Origin: Chiloscyllium plagiosum
Lineage: Eukaryota
DNA: 64,000 nt
Assembly (NCBI RefSeq): GCF_004010195.1
Contig: NC_057749.1
Span: 19,859,570-19,923,569, forward strand
Direction of reading: 5' to 3'
Below, piece by piece: positions 49,501 to 63,009 of the stretch. The notes beneath the pieces were generated by a model. The model was not told the origin of the DNA, ran no database searches, and was given only the letters and a program-made list of their open reading frames with translations. Position numbers and translations under genes: made by a program. Numbering within the stretch: position 1 is the stretch's first letter; each line of letters starts with the position of its first letter.

Positions 49501-50262
49501 TGGAGGTCTAACAGTTGTCCAAGGTTATAGCAAATCTTTTCAAGTGAAAGTGTGTAAAATTGATTTTTGAAGTGCTACGTGAAATGAGGAAATGTCTCAT
49601 TCATAAATTCCTTCTGGAAGGAAAGCTTGCAGTTAAGGTGCTTCTAAGCAGTGCAATTAGGGCTTTAATGAATAACATTACTTTTTCTTGAATGATTTTG
49701 CATGTACTCAGTTTTGCCATGTATTGAGCAAATTGGTTTCTAAATTCTAACCCTGACTAAATAGTTTGATTTTAGTACAGTTGAAAACTCTACTGCTTTG
49801 GTATGTGGATGAGACTGCTTTATCTCTAGGGTAACGTCTAGCCTAATGTTTGAGGGGATATGAAATTTGTCCAACAAAAAAGCGAAATATTTAACATGCA
49901 TCCAGGACATTCAGTGCTTTTTTAACTTCTGTTAAAGGGAGTAGCCTTTCAGAATCAGTTTTAAATTTGTCATGTTGTAGTTCATGAAGTGTGAAGCCAT
50001 AGAAGTTGAAAAGAACATAACTATGGAGCAACTACAGGTGTTTTGTAGCAAAATGAGGAAAGTTGTCATTGTCACTTGCCCCCATGGCTGCTGGGGAATT
50101 GAGATGCAAATAGGAGATCTTAACATGAAGCCAGAAGCGTAAACCAGTTTGAGGCAAACTGGAGATGAGTGCCAAAAATGTAGTTTGGTATTAATGCCCA
50201 AGCATAGCTTAGAATCATGTGGTTAGCACAGTTTATTACATCAGGACAGTGGGATTGTAGGG

Positions 50263-50935
50263 TGTTATGACATGGGGTAAACCCCTCTACTAATATAAAA
50301 CAAACTTTCAGACTCACCATGATGTAATCTGTTAAATTCTGAGGCAAAACTATCCCAGATGTCACTATTCAAAGTAAAAGCATTGACAATTTTTTATTCT
50401 AAGTCCAACAGAGAACATTAAAACTACTTACAACTCCATTCACTTAAACCTATCTTCTACCTCCCACTCTACTGGTCTCTTTTTAAAAAGAAGCACTGAT
50501 TAAGATTTACAGAAATATTCACTTTTCAAAACTAGCAAGCATTGTGGATTTTCCCCTTTTTTTGTGTGGGTTGGTTTTTCAGTCCTCTGCACAGCTTTTC
50601 CTATGGACAGTTTGTTTTTGTTTGAGCTATTCAGCTAGCAGTCTGTATTTGTTGGTGCCCTTTGCAGTTCTCCCCAACTGTTCAAAAATGTCTGTCTGGT
50701 TTTTTATACTCCAAAACATCGATCATTTTATTGGTTTGATGTGATCCCAAACAGCAAAATTCAAATTTGATTGGATTTTGGTATCTGGGACATAATTTTA
50801 AACTGGCCAAATTTGAATTTTTCGTTCCATGGCAACACCAGCTAATTGTTTAAACCAAATGTTACATTTTTAAATGGTTCTGCTTTCAGTCAGTCTTTGC
50901 TAGCTTCCTCTAAGATACAATATGCACCTCCCATA
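50263..50935. mobile_element. Possible solo LTR
   Basis: Starts TGTTATGA…; the start resembles the reverse complement of the end of the 52.1-52.6 kb element. No coding sequence or clear TSD. Confidence 0.35.
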
Positions 50936-52111
50936 AGGGTCAAATTTAAGATTGGAAGTCTCGATGTTTTTTGATTTCTACAACCAGACCTTTCAGCCAA
51001 TGTACACTGGTCCAACTTGTCCATGCCAATCAGATATCCAAAATTTAATTCTAGTCTCATTTGGTTCATATTCCCCTCAACCATTTTTTATATCCCCACA
51101 ATTGACACCATTACAAAAGGCATCTGGATGGGTAAGACCTCAGACAATTAACCTTACATTATAGATGCTGCCTGACCTTTTTAAGTAGGCAGTGTAGTCC
51201 CTTCTATGCAGTGAGATTATTGATCTGCAATGGTATCTTGGGTGAAGACCGATTTGGATAAACTTGTTCTAGGATAAACAAGTATTTGCCCTTGTTTGAA
51301 AATTGATTTTACTGTGTGTGCAAGAGAATTTGACCACTGCACTTTAATGCTGATGTAGTCAAAGCCCACCTAATTGGTGAACAAGGCACTGCATTTTTCT
51401 TGAAAAATGGCCTTTCCGATTTGTTTGCATTTTAGTCTCACTCAGTTCTACCCGTGGCCAACTGAAGTGGATATATCTGCTCATGATGGCTCTGCTGATT
51501 CAGGCTCTGTCATTCACAAGTCAAAAAACTGACAAGTATTTTGACTGACTGCAGTGCTCCTTTTTTTTTTGAAGGTCTAGGATTAAGAGCACATGGAGCA
51601 CACTAGAATGTATAAGACCCTTCAGTTTGGTACAGCTTTTTTCTTAGTAAAAACCAAAAATGCTAGTTTGAATAAGTACACTCACCTGAATGATGGCATT
51701 GGAGTTAGCCAAACACCAACTTTTCAGTGAAGTATCTTGCTTTTAAGTTTGTGCCCTGCTTTTAAGCTTGTGCCCCACTTTTAACTTCCCCAATTAGTGG
51801 TTGTGTTTATCTCCAACCTACCATTTTAGATAAATTTTGAATTGGTGCTGACATTAAAAATGAGCAATTTGAAGATAAGCTTTCAAGAAAGACTTTTCTC
51901 CAAGTCTTTGAGCTTGGAAATATTGATATCTGGAAACTATTTATCTAGTGAAGCCTGAATAATGGATTGACTAATTCTCAATAGCTTGAGTCCAAGTTTA
52001 TTTTGAATCCCAAACTGGATACTAAACTCTACAGGAGTCAGTAACTCTGCTTTCTAAAATTTCTATTTGCCTGTTTTTCCCCCCAGTTTTAATCTATAAG
52101 TTTCTAATCCA

Positions 52112-52618
52112 TGTGACAATGCTATCACCTTTTAAATAGGTTATCTTGTCTTTGGGCTTTTGAGGTTCTAAAGGATGAAATGCTGAAATGTACGGGCAGA
52201 GCCTAGTTTAACAATGACTGACAGAGGAGTGGTCAGTTCTCCAGTTCCAGGTGTTTTCTAGTTTCTTTTAGTTGTAACAGTGAGAAGCTGCTACAGTCCA
52301 GAGGTTCCAACCTTTTAAAATTCTTGACTGGACTGGTTTCTCTGAGATATCTCCATGCAGCCCCTGTTTGAATTTTCCCCTTTTTTGGCTAAGGGGTGTA
52401 TTTGTGGGATGTTACAGGAATTGGAATACTACTTTAAGTTGTGGTATCAAGTAGGTTAAGGTATTCTAAATTTGTGTCTTTAAACTTTTCTGTTTTAATG
52501 TACTGGTTGGATCAGCTGCATCACACCTAGAATATCCACTTCATATCTGTCTCAACTTTCTTAAGTTAAGGTCTAGACTACCTTTAAAATAGAGGAGCTC
52601 TGGCCTGGTCCATAAACA
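52112..52618. mobile_element. Possible solo LTR (TG…CA)
   Basis: tgtgacaatg… to …ctggcctggtccataaaca; no convincing TSD. Confidence 0.35.
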
Positions 52619-53689
52619 TCATTTTTCTTCCTTTTTTAAAAAAAATACCCATCTCTTTAGAGCACTCTTTATAATCTCTAATCTCGAGCATCCTTTAATA
52701 TTAGCTTTTACTGAGACTTTTAGCAGAGGTTTTTGTATTTGGTTTATAAATAGGATTTTTAAATTCTTGGGTGTTAACCAGTAGTTCACTTGCTTTTATT
52801 TGCATTCATTGACTATATATTTTAGTTCATTACACAACTCTGGTTGACTTTTTTTATTCTGGGTAACAAGTTTACACTGGTGGTGTGACTAGAATAATGG
52901 AGCTCAGTTTTCAGTATATTTCACCTGTCAATCATGAGCAGCTTAAATTGCTGAACTAAAACAAAAATTATATATAAATGCTAAACTGAAACAAAATTAA
53001 AACAAATATATGCAGGTACTTACCACTTAAGTAGAAATTCTGGGCATTTTTCTTGATTTGAAGAGGTTCCAAGAGCACTTCTGCATCTGGGCTCTCCAAA
53101 AAGTAGAAGGCTACTCAACATGAAGTACAATTTTAAATTTGGAGGTGACCATTGATAAAAGATTCCTTTTGTCTCCATATCTTTCAGATCTCCAACTGTA
53201 TGTTGGAGATTGCAACATAGAAGCCCTGGAGGACTTAAGCAGCCAGCTATCATTGTTTTAAACATACTCTTTTTGCCTTTCTGGTGGGGAGTGTGAATAT
53301 ACTTCACCTTATCCTAACTATTTTGCCTGCTGCTGATGCATTTAGCCATGATTGGTATCAACAAGTGACTACTCTACAGCTCTTGTAGAGACCAGGTTCT
53401 GCCTTTTTTTATTTGACTGTATCCTCCATGTTACATGCACCATAGATTTCTCTGGAAATTACCCAGATCTGAGAATTAAAACTGGGCATCCATAAACATG
53501 CTGTCAGCCATGTTCTATTCAAATGCCACCTGAAACCTCCTGGTTCAACATACCTAACATTATAATCCATTTGGAGGATCAAACCTCTTACAATGAAATA
53601 CACAGGACAGTATGCCAAAAGCAGCACTAGGTATACCTAACAGGACTACTTGTCAAACGTTGTGGTACAGGGTTAAGTGCATGATCAAC

Positions 53690-53995
53690 ACTGGGACAGC
53701 ATGGTAGGACAGTAGTTAATACTGTCTCTCAATGTCAACCTGGGTTTGAATTTACCCTCTGGCAACTGTGCAAACCCCACATGACCTTTCTTCCGTGTGA
53801 CTGCAAGTCCAAAGATGTGCAGGCTAGGTGGATTGGCCATGTAAATTACCCTGTCCAGGATGTGTAGAGGAAGTGCCTTAGCCATGGGAAATGCAGGGTT
53901 ACTAGGATAGAGTAGGGGATGGGTTTGGGTGGGTTGCTTTTTTGAAGGGTTAGTGTGGACTCTGGTTGGCATGCTTCCACACTAGGGATTTTATG
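53690..53995 (+). mobile_element. HE1-like SINE, diverged
   Basis: ctgggtttgaatt B-box remnant; agtccaaagatgtgcaggctaggtggattggccatg; ttccacactagggatt tail. Confidence 0.8.
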
Positions 53996-54339
53996 AAAGA
54001 GCTTAGATTTCAAGTTGTCATCTGCCACTTTCACTAATGGGGACTGAGGGGGTGAAAATGGGTTGGATGTACTGAAAGCATCTCATCTCATGGATGTAGT
54101 GTTGGAAAAAGACAAGGTTTACACTTAGGGGGTCCCTCAAATTATTTCTCAAGTCCTGAGGGCAGAAAGGTCCGTAAACTAGATTAGATTTTTCTACACC
54201 GACTGAGTTGCTCTCGCTGACGATGCAACACTTGCCTATTTATCTCTTCCCTTCTCCATTGTCTCAAGCTCTACACACCTTATTTTATTTTTAAACTTCA
54301 CTCAATCTAAATAAAAACAGATTTGCAGATTCTCTGAAT

Positions 54340-54495
54340 GAGACCAAATTTGAACTTGCTGGAAAAGCAAGTTCTGGCTGCATCTGGCGAGAAATCCGGT
54401 AATGTTTCCAGTCCAATGACTTCCTCAGAACAGAGGGGTTGCCAAACTGAAATGTTAACTAGTTTTTCTCCTCTGCCAGCCTGCTGAGCTTTGAC
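54340..54495. mobile_element. Small fold-back PLE-terminus remnant with a decayed hammerhead
   Basis: - strand gtt CTGAGGA agtcattggactg GAAAC att at about 54399-54431; inverted partner ctgaaatgttaact…gccagcctgctgagcttt. Confidence 0.5.
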
Positions 54496-56378
54496 TGAAA
54501 TAATTTGCTGGAAATCTAGTTTACTTTGACTGTGATTTAGTTCTCAATGCAGTTTCTTCTACAGCAAGATGAAATGCAGACTAGGTGACTGCTTTGCCAA
54601 ATGCCTAGACTGCAGAGGGAGGGGAGCCCAAGCTTCCAGTTGCCTGTCAATATTTCTCTCAAGCCTGCTCCAGCAAAACTTCAAGCTTTTTGATTTATTA
54701 TTGTCACATGTACCTAGGTACAGTGAAAAGCTTTGCATGCGGTACAGCAGATGATCATTTGGTATTCCTTGCTGTCTTTGTACATTATGGCTGCAAAGAT
54801 GTACAAAAGCTACATCAACATTCAATTTGAAATTTAGTTCCCTGACTAGCCATAATACTGACTGCAACAACAGAGTAGAGGCTAAGGATCCTGCTTTGAG
54901 TAACTCATGACTTAACAGTATCCACTCTTGACTGGCACCACTTCCACAATCATTTCAGTCTCTCTAATACTGAAAGAAACACTTCAGAAATGTATCAAGA
55001 TTCCTTAGCATATTGAACTCATGGCTCTCCTTCTTCTGTCCTTCCGTCCATCCGTCAATCCCCATAAGCTACTCTTAACATTCCAGAAATTTTTTTTCCT
55101 TTGGCTAAGCCAGCATTTGATGCCCCTCAATTGCCCTTGTACAGCAGCTTAGTCTACCACTTGTCAACAGTGTTCTAAGTCATGGTTCAATAGGAGTACG
55201 TAAAGCAGTTGGCCTCTTGAGCCTTGGTATTGGTCGACATTTCTCAACTAGATCTTCCTTTTGATAGTGTCTAGCATCTGTTCTAATTTCAGTAACTTTT
55301 GCACTTTTCACCTCTGTGGCATGGTGGGGAGTGGTATTGCTATTCAAGACCATTTCAGAGGCCAAAGTTTAATTACCTTAGCCTGTCAACAAAACCACAA
55401 AGGACAAGTGCCTTAATTGGTAGTGTCATAAGATTTCCCCAGCTTTTGTTCTTGCATGCATCAGTCTGATTCAGTACCTGTGCTACTTTGAGGGGAGGCA
55501 GGGTGGAGAGGAGCAAAGACTTTTGTCAGTCAGTTGAGTAATCCAGTTTATGCTGATGAGAAACTGGCTGCAATTATAACTTCATACCCTGTTTGTAGTA
55601 TGGAAGATTGAACTGATGCATTTAAATTGAAATATACAAGAAAGCTACTAAAGGAAACTTTTTTAAAGCTGAAGACCACAAGTGTACCTGAAGGGAGCAA
55701 ATGGTTTATACATTGAGGGTCACTGCTAGTGAGTCATCTGAGGAGACCAGCTTTAATGAAATGCTGCAAATAGTCCAGGGATTAAACTTAAACATTAATA
55801 ATACAGAACAATGCTCTAGTCAACTAGACTGAACAGACTCCTCCACTGCCACAAAATTCTGTTTTTACTAAAGTGAATTTTCACTTTTTTAAAAAAGATG
55901 ATTGCAGTGAAGGAAAAGAATTTTTAGCAAGATTAGCTTTGACTTTAGCTCCTCATTCAGTTGAGTTTGAACAGTCCAGATCACAAACCTGCTATAAATG
56001 CTACTTTGAGTTGTTCAAGCTTACAATACCAAATTAATGAGACCAGTGTTCTCGTCATCTAGAATAATTGCTAATGACAAGTCAGTCTAAAGCTATGATT
56101 CTATATATTGATCATTGATTTAAAGCAATTTTGCTTAATGGTACTCTTGTCATTTGTTCTCATTCCTGTGCTACATCTGTTCCAGTTGTTAAGACCAAGT
56201 GTTCAAGGCCTTTGAGCTGATGCATGGAAAACTGGCAGTAAAAAGCTATTAAAACATGCAGGGTAATCAGGTATCAAGTTCTTTAAATCAGAAGTACTGG
56301 CTGTCCGGTGAACTCGCCTGTGGTGGCAAAGATTAATTGTGTAATTTGAAGAAACTTCCATCCGAGGGAGACTTGGGT

Positions 56379-59130
56379 GAAAGTGAGGACTGCAAATGCT
56401 GGAATTCTGTGTGGAGAGTAGTGTAGAAAAAGCACAGCAAGTCAAGCAGCATCTGAAGAGCAGGAACATTGATATTTCAGGTAAAAGACCTTCAGGAATG
56501 AGGCTGGGAGCCTAGGGGGTGGAGAGGTAAATGGGAGGAAGGAAAGAAGGTAGTTGAGTGCAATAGATGAATGGAAGTAAAGGCGATAGGTTGTAGGGGA
56601 GGGTGGTGTGGATAGGTGGAAAGGAAGATGGGCAGGTCATGAGGGTGGTGCTGAGCTGGAAGGTTGGTACTGGGGTGGGGGGGGGGGGGGGGAGAAATGA
56701 GGAAACTGATAACCCCATAGCATTAATAGGGATTTTAAGTGTCCCAAGGCACGTGAGGTGTTCCTCCAGGCATCAGGCAGTAGGGGATGGTGCTGGAGGA
56801 GGCCCAGGACCTGCATGTCCTGGGCACAGTGTTGGGGGAGGGAGAGTTGAAGTGTTCGGCCACAGGATGGGGAGGGTGGACCTCACCAGGTAGAGGGAAT
56901 GATCTTTACAGAAAGTGGATAGGGGTCGGGAGGGAAATCTCTCTGGGGATGCTGGGAGTTGACAAGTGGCAGAGGATGATGTGATGTATACAGAGGTTGG
57001 TGTGGGCCAGGGTGTTCTGTCCTTGTTGCGGTTGGAGTGGGGTTCAAGGGCAGAGATGCAGGAAGTGGAGAAGATGCGCTGGAGGGCATCGACCACACGG
57101 GACGAGAAATTATGGCCTTAGAAGGCCATCTAGTGTGTTCTGTGGTGGAATTGGCCCTCCTGGGAGCAGATGTGGCAGAAGAATTGGAATAAGGAATAGT
57201 GTTTTTGCAGGAGGCAGGGTGGGAGGTGGAATCCAGGTAGCTGTGAGTCTGTTCTGCTCTGGAGATGTCAGTGAGTCAGTCACCGTTGATGGAGAGGCCC
57301 AGGAAGGGGAGGGGGTGCAGGGCACTCTCCAGAGGTGATGAGGTTGTGTACAGTCTGGGAGATGGTAGTTGGGTGATGCAGGGGAGGTCATGGTAGAGGG
57401 GGCAGTAGGAGGTGTTTTCAAGTTGGCATCTGGCTTCAAATTCAGGAACCCACACTGCCCAATTCTACCACTTCCAAGATCCACAAACTTGACCACCTTG
57501 GCTGACTTATTGTCTCAGCCTGCTCCTGCCCCACCAAATTCATCTCCCACGTACCTCCATATTGTCCAATTCCCCACATGTTTGGGACACTGCCCACACC
57601 CTCCACCTACTCCCAACATTTGTTTCCCTGGCCCCCAACTCCTTATCTTCACCATGCACATCCAGTCCCTATATGCAAAGCCCTCCATTTTCTTCCTCTC
57701 CTGATATCCTCACCAGTACCCTTCCATTGACATTTTGTTTGGCTGAATTGGTCCTCTCCCTCCTCAATTTCTCTTTCGAATCCTCCTACTTTCTCCAGAC
57801 AAAAGGGGTATGCATGGGCCCAACTATGCCTGTCCCTTTGTCGGCTACGTGGAACAGTCTATATCTTCCGGAGTTACACTGGCACCACTCCTACCTTTTT
57901 TCCTATGCTACATTGACTGCATCTGCACCACCTCGTGCTCCCACAAGGAGGTTGAACAGGTCAACTTCAAAATGTTCCACCCTGATGTTAAATTCACCTG
58001 GACCATCTCAGACACTTCCCTCCTCCTTACTGGACTTCCATCTTGATCAATGGTGACCAACTCAACACTGGCATTTTCTACAAATTTGCCAACTCTCTCA
58101 GCTACCTAGATTACACCATCTCCCATCCTGCCTCCTGCAAAAATGATATCCCTTATTCCCAATTCCTCCTTTGCGTCTCCTCCCAGGAGGACCAGTTCCA
58201 CCACCGAACACACCAGATGTTCTCTTTAAAGACTGCAATTTCCCCTCCCATTTGGTTGATGGCCTTCAGTGCATCTCATCCATTTCCTGCCCCTCCACCC
58301 TCACCCCATCCCAAACCACCACAAAGACAGAACCCCTCCAGTCCTCACTTTACACTCCCCATATTTCGCATCATCCTCCGCCATTGTGGCCACTTACAAA
58401 CAGACCCCACCACCAGAGATATTTCCTTCCCCAACCCATCCACCTCCTGTAAAGTCCATGCCCTTTCCTCCCAGTGCCTTCCTCACCACTGCAGGAATTG
58501 CAAAACCTGTACCCACACCTCCCCCTCACACCTCCCGTCCATGGATCCAAAGGAGCCTTACACATCCAAAGTTTCACCTGCACTTCCACATGTTATTTAC
58601 TATCTGTCACTCCCGATGCAGTCTCTTCTACATTGCGAGTAGACATCCTGTCTCCCCAGAGTGCCTCAGAACATTTCTGGCACTCTTGCACTAACCAGCC
58701 CATGGCTGAACACTTCAACCCTCCCTCCTGCTCTGCCAAGGTCACGCAGGTCCTGGGCTGCCTCCATTGCCACTCCCTTACTGCCTGGTGGGAGAACACC
58801 TCTTCCACCTTGGGGCCCCTCCAACCACATGGCATCAATGGCCTCTTTTTTTTTTTTCTTCTCTCTTCCCCCCCCTTCCCCCCTTATCCCTGTTCCAACC
58901 TTCCAGCTCAGCACTGCCCTCATGACATGTCCATCTTTCCTTCCCACTTTTATCACTCCTCGCTCCCCTCTGACCTATCAGCTTTACCCCCACCTCAATC
59001 CACCTGTTGTAGTCACAGCTACCTGCCCACAGCCTCACTCCTGATGGGCTTTGGCCTGAAACATTTGATTTTCCTGATCCTCATATCCTGCCCAACCTGT
59101 GCTTTTCCAGCACAATACTCTTGAATCTGA
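56379..59130. mobile_element. Penelope-like retroelement as two inverted arms (56379-57430 -, about 57445-59130 +) with RT and GIY-YIG remnants
   Basis: + arm: KIHK motif, GPNYACPFVGYVEQSI, YID, FHPDVKFTWTISDTSL, FYKFANSLSYLDYTISHPASCKNDIPYSQFL, CRNCKTC and MAEHFNP. The - arm carries the same 3' region and terminus. Confidence 0.9.
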
Positions 59131-59314
59131 AGGAGACCATTCAATCCATTTATTAGTGGCACAAGCATATCTATCCATCTTAATCCTGCTTTCCAGCTCT
59201 TATTCCACAGCCTTGTATATTCTCTGCTTAAGTGCATAAGGGAGGGGACAGTGTGGCCAGTATGTTACTGAATTGTGTTTATGAAGCAGAGATTGGCACC
59301 CATAGTCTGTGGCT

Positions 59315-59495
59315 TTGGAAAGCATCGAAGGAGCGTCAACATTTCGAGCATAAGCTCTAAGATGCTCATCCTGATGAGCTTATGTTCAAAATGTCAACGC
59401 TTCTTCTCCTTCAATGCTGCCTGACCAGCTGTGCTTTTCCATCACCACTTTTTTTGACTAATCTCCAGCATCTACAGTGATCATTTTCTCCTATA
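59315..59495. mobile_element. Head-to-head pair of PLE terminus fragments, each with a decayed hammerhead
   Basis: gcgtcaacatttcgagcataagctc versus ctgatgagcttatgttcaaaatgtcaacgc, followed by the + terminus gctgcctgacc…ctccagcatctacagt. Confidence 0.75.
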
Positions 59496-61059
59496 GGTTG
59501 ACTCCCCTCTGACAACTAAAACCAGAACACACCCAGAGGCTCGTCTCTCTTCATGGGTTATACCACTTTCCATGCAACATGCCTCATCTCTTCTCTTCCC
59601 CCTTTTTCCCCCCCCCCCCCATCTATTAGAAAGCAGTGGTTGAATGAAATGAAATTTTTCTCACTGTGTATATAATCAACATGTAACAATTATCTAACTC
59701 CAACAGTGAACAAACTAACAACCACAAAACCAAATGATTCCCCTCTAGTTACTATTTCCATTAAGACAAACTTTTACTTATTGAAACAGCATACCATTAT
59801 AAGTCCCACTTCTAACAAAACAATTGAATTTAGTCTCCATTACAGCTAGGATGTCTTCCAGAATGCTCTGCACCCTCTCTACTGATCTTTGTTTTCAGGA
59901 ACACTTCATCCTTTGAATTCTTGTCATAATTACGCTTTTGCATCAAGGATGTTATAAGTTCTGCTGTATCTTTTTAGTCAGATGATTACTGACATGGGAG
60001 TTTGCACTTCCGTTTTCAAATGCCCTCTTGATACCCTTGATGACCAATTAATTTCTTTATAATCTGATTTCTAGGTTGTCCAAAACCATCAGATGAAAAT
60101 TTAATTGGTCATTAATCGAAGTGCCTAGTTCAAATTTAATTAAGTTTTTAAAAAAATTTTATCTTGGTACAAGTGCTGCTTTGCCATTGCCTTTTGATAA
60201 CCAATATTTCAAATTTGAGCACCTGCAACTAACAAGCTGCTACCCTCGTATGCTCATTGTTAAGCATGAAGGGAAGAGACTTCTTTTAAAGGGACCATTA
60301 CTACACACCTGCCCTCTTTTTCTCCCTCCCTCCCTCTTCTCTACCCCCCCCCCCAAAAAAAAAGTTTTAATAAACATCAAATTCTAATATCCTGTATTCC
60401 TATCCACAACTTATCTACCCAACTTCACCACAATTGATAAATCAGATGCCCATTGTTCTCTAACATCTGAGCATGAAGTCACTATCTTTTTTAAACATTA
60501 ACATCTCGTCTACATGGGACTTCAGATGTACATCAATAGAGTTGACTCTTAACTGTTCTTAAGGTTGAGGGGAATTGGGGATGAACAAAAGCTTGCCTTG
60601 CACGTGGACCCCACTCCACATTGAAGAATAAAAGAAAAAACTTGAGGGTTTCTGCTTTCATTCTTTGCGATAGCAAGTTTTAGTATGTACTCTGAGTTTC
60701 TCCTTTTTTGAATCCCATTCAGTACTCTAGCCTTTAAATCTTTGTGCTGTAGTTTCTCCTTGGCTGTCCTATTCTGCATATAATACTCAAGCTTTTACCA
60801 TTTGGCTTCCCAGCTTTTGTATCCATGCCCTCCTTAATACAGGAAAGCATCCTGTATACCTTGACCACCTGTATTGATTTGTCACTTCCCTTTCTTGATC
60901 TTTGGTAATCATGTCTAACAACTTTGGACTGTTCCATTCAAGATTGTTGTCCTGAGCCAAATTGTTCAGCTCAGTGTAATCAGTCACCAGGAGAGCTTGT
61001 ATAGAAGTCAGTTGTTGGAACTTGATGTTTATGCCAGTAGACTGCATTTGCATGATTTA

Positions 61060-62610
61060 GTCATAGTCATGGATGTACAGCATGAAAACAAACCCTTCAG
61101 TCCAACTTGTCCATGCTGATCAGTTATCTTAAATTAATCTAGACCCATTTGCCAGCACTTCCAAACCCTTATTCATATACTCATCTAGATGCCTTTTTAA
61201 ATGCTGTAATTGTACCAGCCACCACAATTTCCTCTGGCAGCTCATTCCCTACATGCACCATGTTCTGCATGTGAAAGCTGCCCCTCTTGAATTTTTTCCC
61301 CTCTATCTTAAGTCTATGTTGGAATAGACCTCGTCTACTTAGTGAATCCATGCCCCTTGTGATTTTATCAACCTCTAAGATCACCCCTCCACTTCCAACA
61401 CAGCTGTGAATATAGCCCTTATCTATTTAGCCTCTCCCTGTAGCTCAAACCTGCCAACCCTGGCAACATCCTTGTAAATAATTTCTGAACCTTTTTTCAA
61501 GTTTCTCCATCTTTCCAATAGGAGGGAGATCAGAACAGCATATAAGGCAATAGTAGCCTAAGCAATGAATTGACCAGTTAAGGCAAGCATACCAAAGGCC
61601 ACCTTCACTATCCTATCTGCCTGTGACTCTACTTTAAGGGAGCTATGACCCTGCACTCCCAAGGTCTTTGGGACGAGTTGGACCAAAGGGTCTGTTTCTG
61701 TGCTGTACATGTCTGACTCCCTCAGACTTTACCATTTTAAGGGTCTTAATCCTGCCCTGATTTGCCTTTGCAAAATGTACTGCCTTGCATTTCTCTTAAT
61801 TAAACTCCATCTGCCAGTCATCAGTCCATTGGCCCATCTGTTCAAGATCCCATTGTACTGAGGTAACCTTCACTTTTTTTTTCTCTGCCTCCAATTTTGG
61901 TGTCATCAGCAAAATTACTGGCAATACCTTCTATAGTCACAATCAAATCACTTACTTAAATGGCAAAAAATTGGACCCAGCACTGATTGTTGTGGCACAC
62001 TAGTCATAGGCTTTCAGTCTCAAAAGAAGCCTGCCGCCACCACCCTGTCTTCTATCTTAAGACAGTTCTGTATCCAAGTAGGTAGTTCTACCTGCATTTC
62101 ATGTGATCTAACCTTGCTAACTAGTCTCCCATGGGGAACCTTGTCAACTGCCTTACTGAAGTCCGTTTAGATCACATCTACTGCTCTGCCCTCATCAATC
62201 CTCTGTTACTACTTCAAAAAACTCAATCAAGTTCGTGAGACATGATTTTTCCCATGCATAAAGCTATGTTGACTACTCTAATCAGTCTTCTCCTTTCCAA
62301 ATACATGTAAATCCTATCCCTTAGTATTCACTCCAACCTCCCCAACACTTAATTGTTAGGCTGACCAGTCTATAGTTCCCTGGATTTTCTTTACCACCGC
62401 TTAGTGGCACCATGTTAACCATCCTTCAGACTTCTGGCGCCTCACCTGTGTCAGATGTACAACACAAACATGATCCAACTTGTCCATGCTGACCAGATAA
62501 TTCTGTCCCATTTGCCAGCAGTTGGTCCATATCCCTGTTAAACCCTTTGTATTCATATACCCATCCAGATGCCTTTAAATGTTGTCATTGTACTAGCCTC
62601 CTCCACCACT
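61060..62610 (-). mobile_element. CR1/HER1 LINE fragment (3' tail to RT) plus a second 3' fragment at about 62450-62610
   Basis: Collinear with 27685-29150; KFKRGSFHMQNMVHVGNELPEEIVVAGTITAFKK. Confidence 0.88.
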
Positions 62611-63009
62611 TAGTCCAAGCAAAAGAAGCCACTAAGATGTGTGTTTCTCCAAGATTAAACCAGTTTCCCCAAACCTAGAATTAAACTATTGTTTTAAAGG
62701 TAAACTTTCCTTCATTCAGCAAATGTTATAAAACCCGCTGCTTGGAAACATGGTGGAAGTCAGTTCAATTGAGTTATTCCAAAGGGCAATTAATGGCTGT
62801 TTGGATGGAAATAGTGCAGGGTTACAGGGTAAATGGTGGTGGCAGGCAGGAAGTTAGCACTAAGTGATAAACTGTCACAAGTTCAAAGCTCCTGTGCTGT
62901 AGTTGATTTTTCTCCAATAGTCTTTGCTGTTAAGTAGATGTCTGTATAGAACATCTGCAGCCTTGAATGTTTGTGACAAGACATCAATCACTAAAAATTT
63001 AAAAATTGG

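Noticed and set aside
51735..51790. About 19-bp tandem duplication (gcttttaagYttgtgccc)
   Set aside because: Simple local slippage with no spacers; not CRISPR-like and not obviously functional.
58043..59124. Overlapping 140-216 aa ORFs
   Set aside because: Frameshifted pieces of the Penelope ORF in C-rich, stop-poor sequence.
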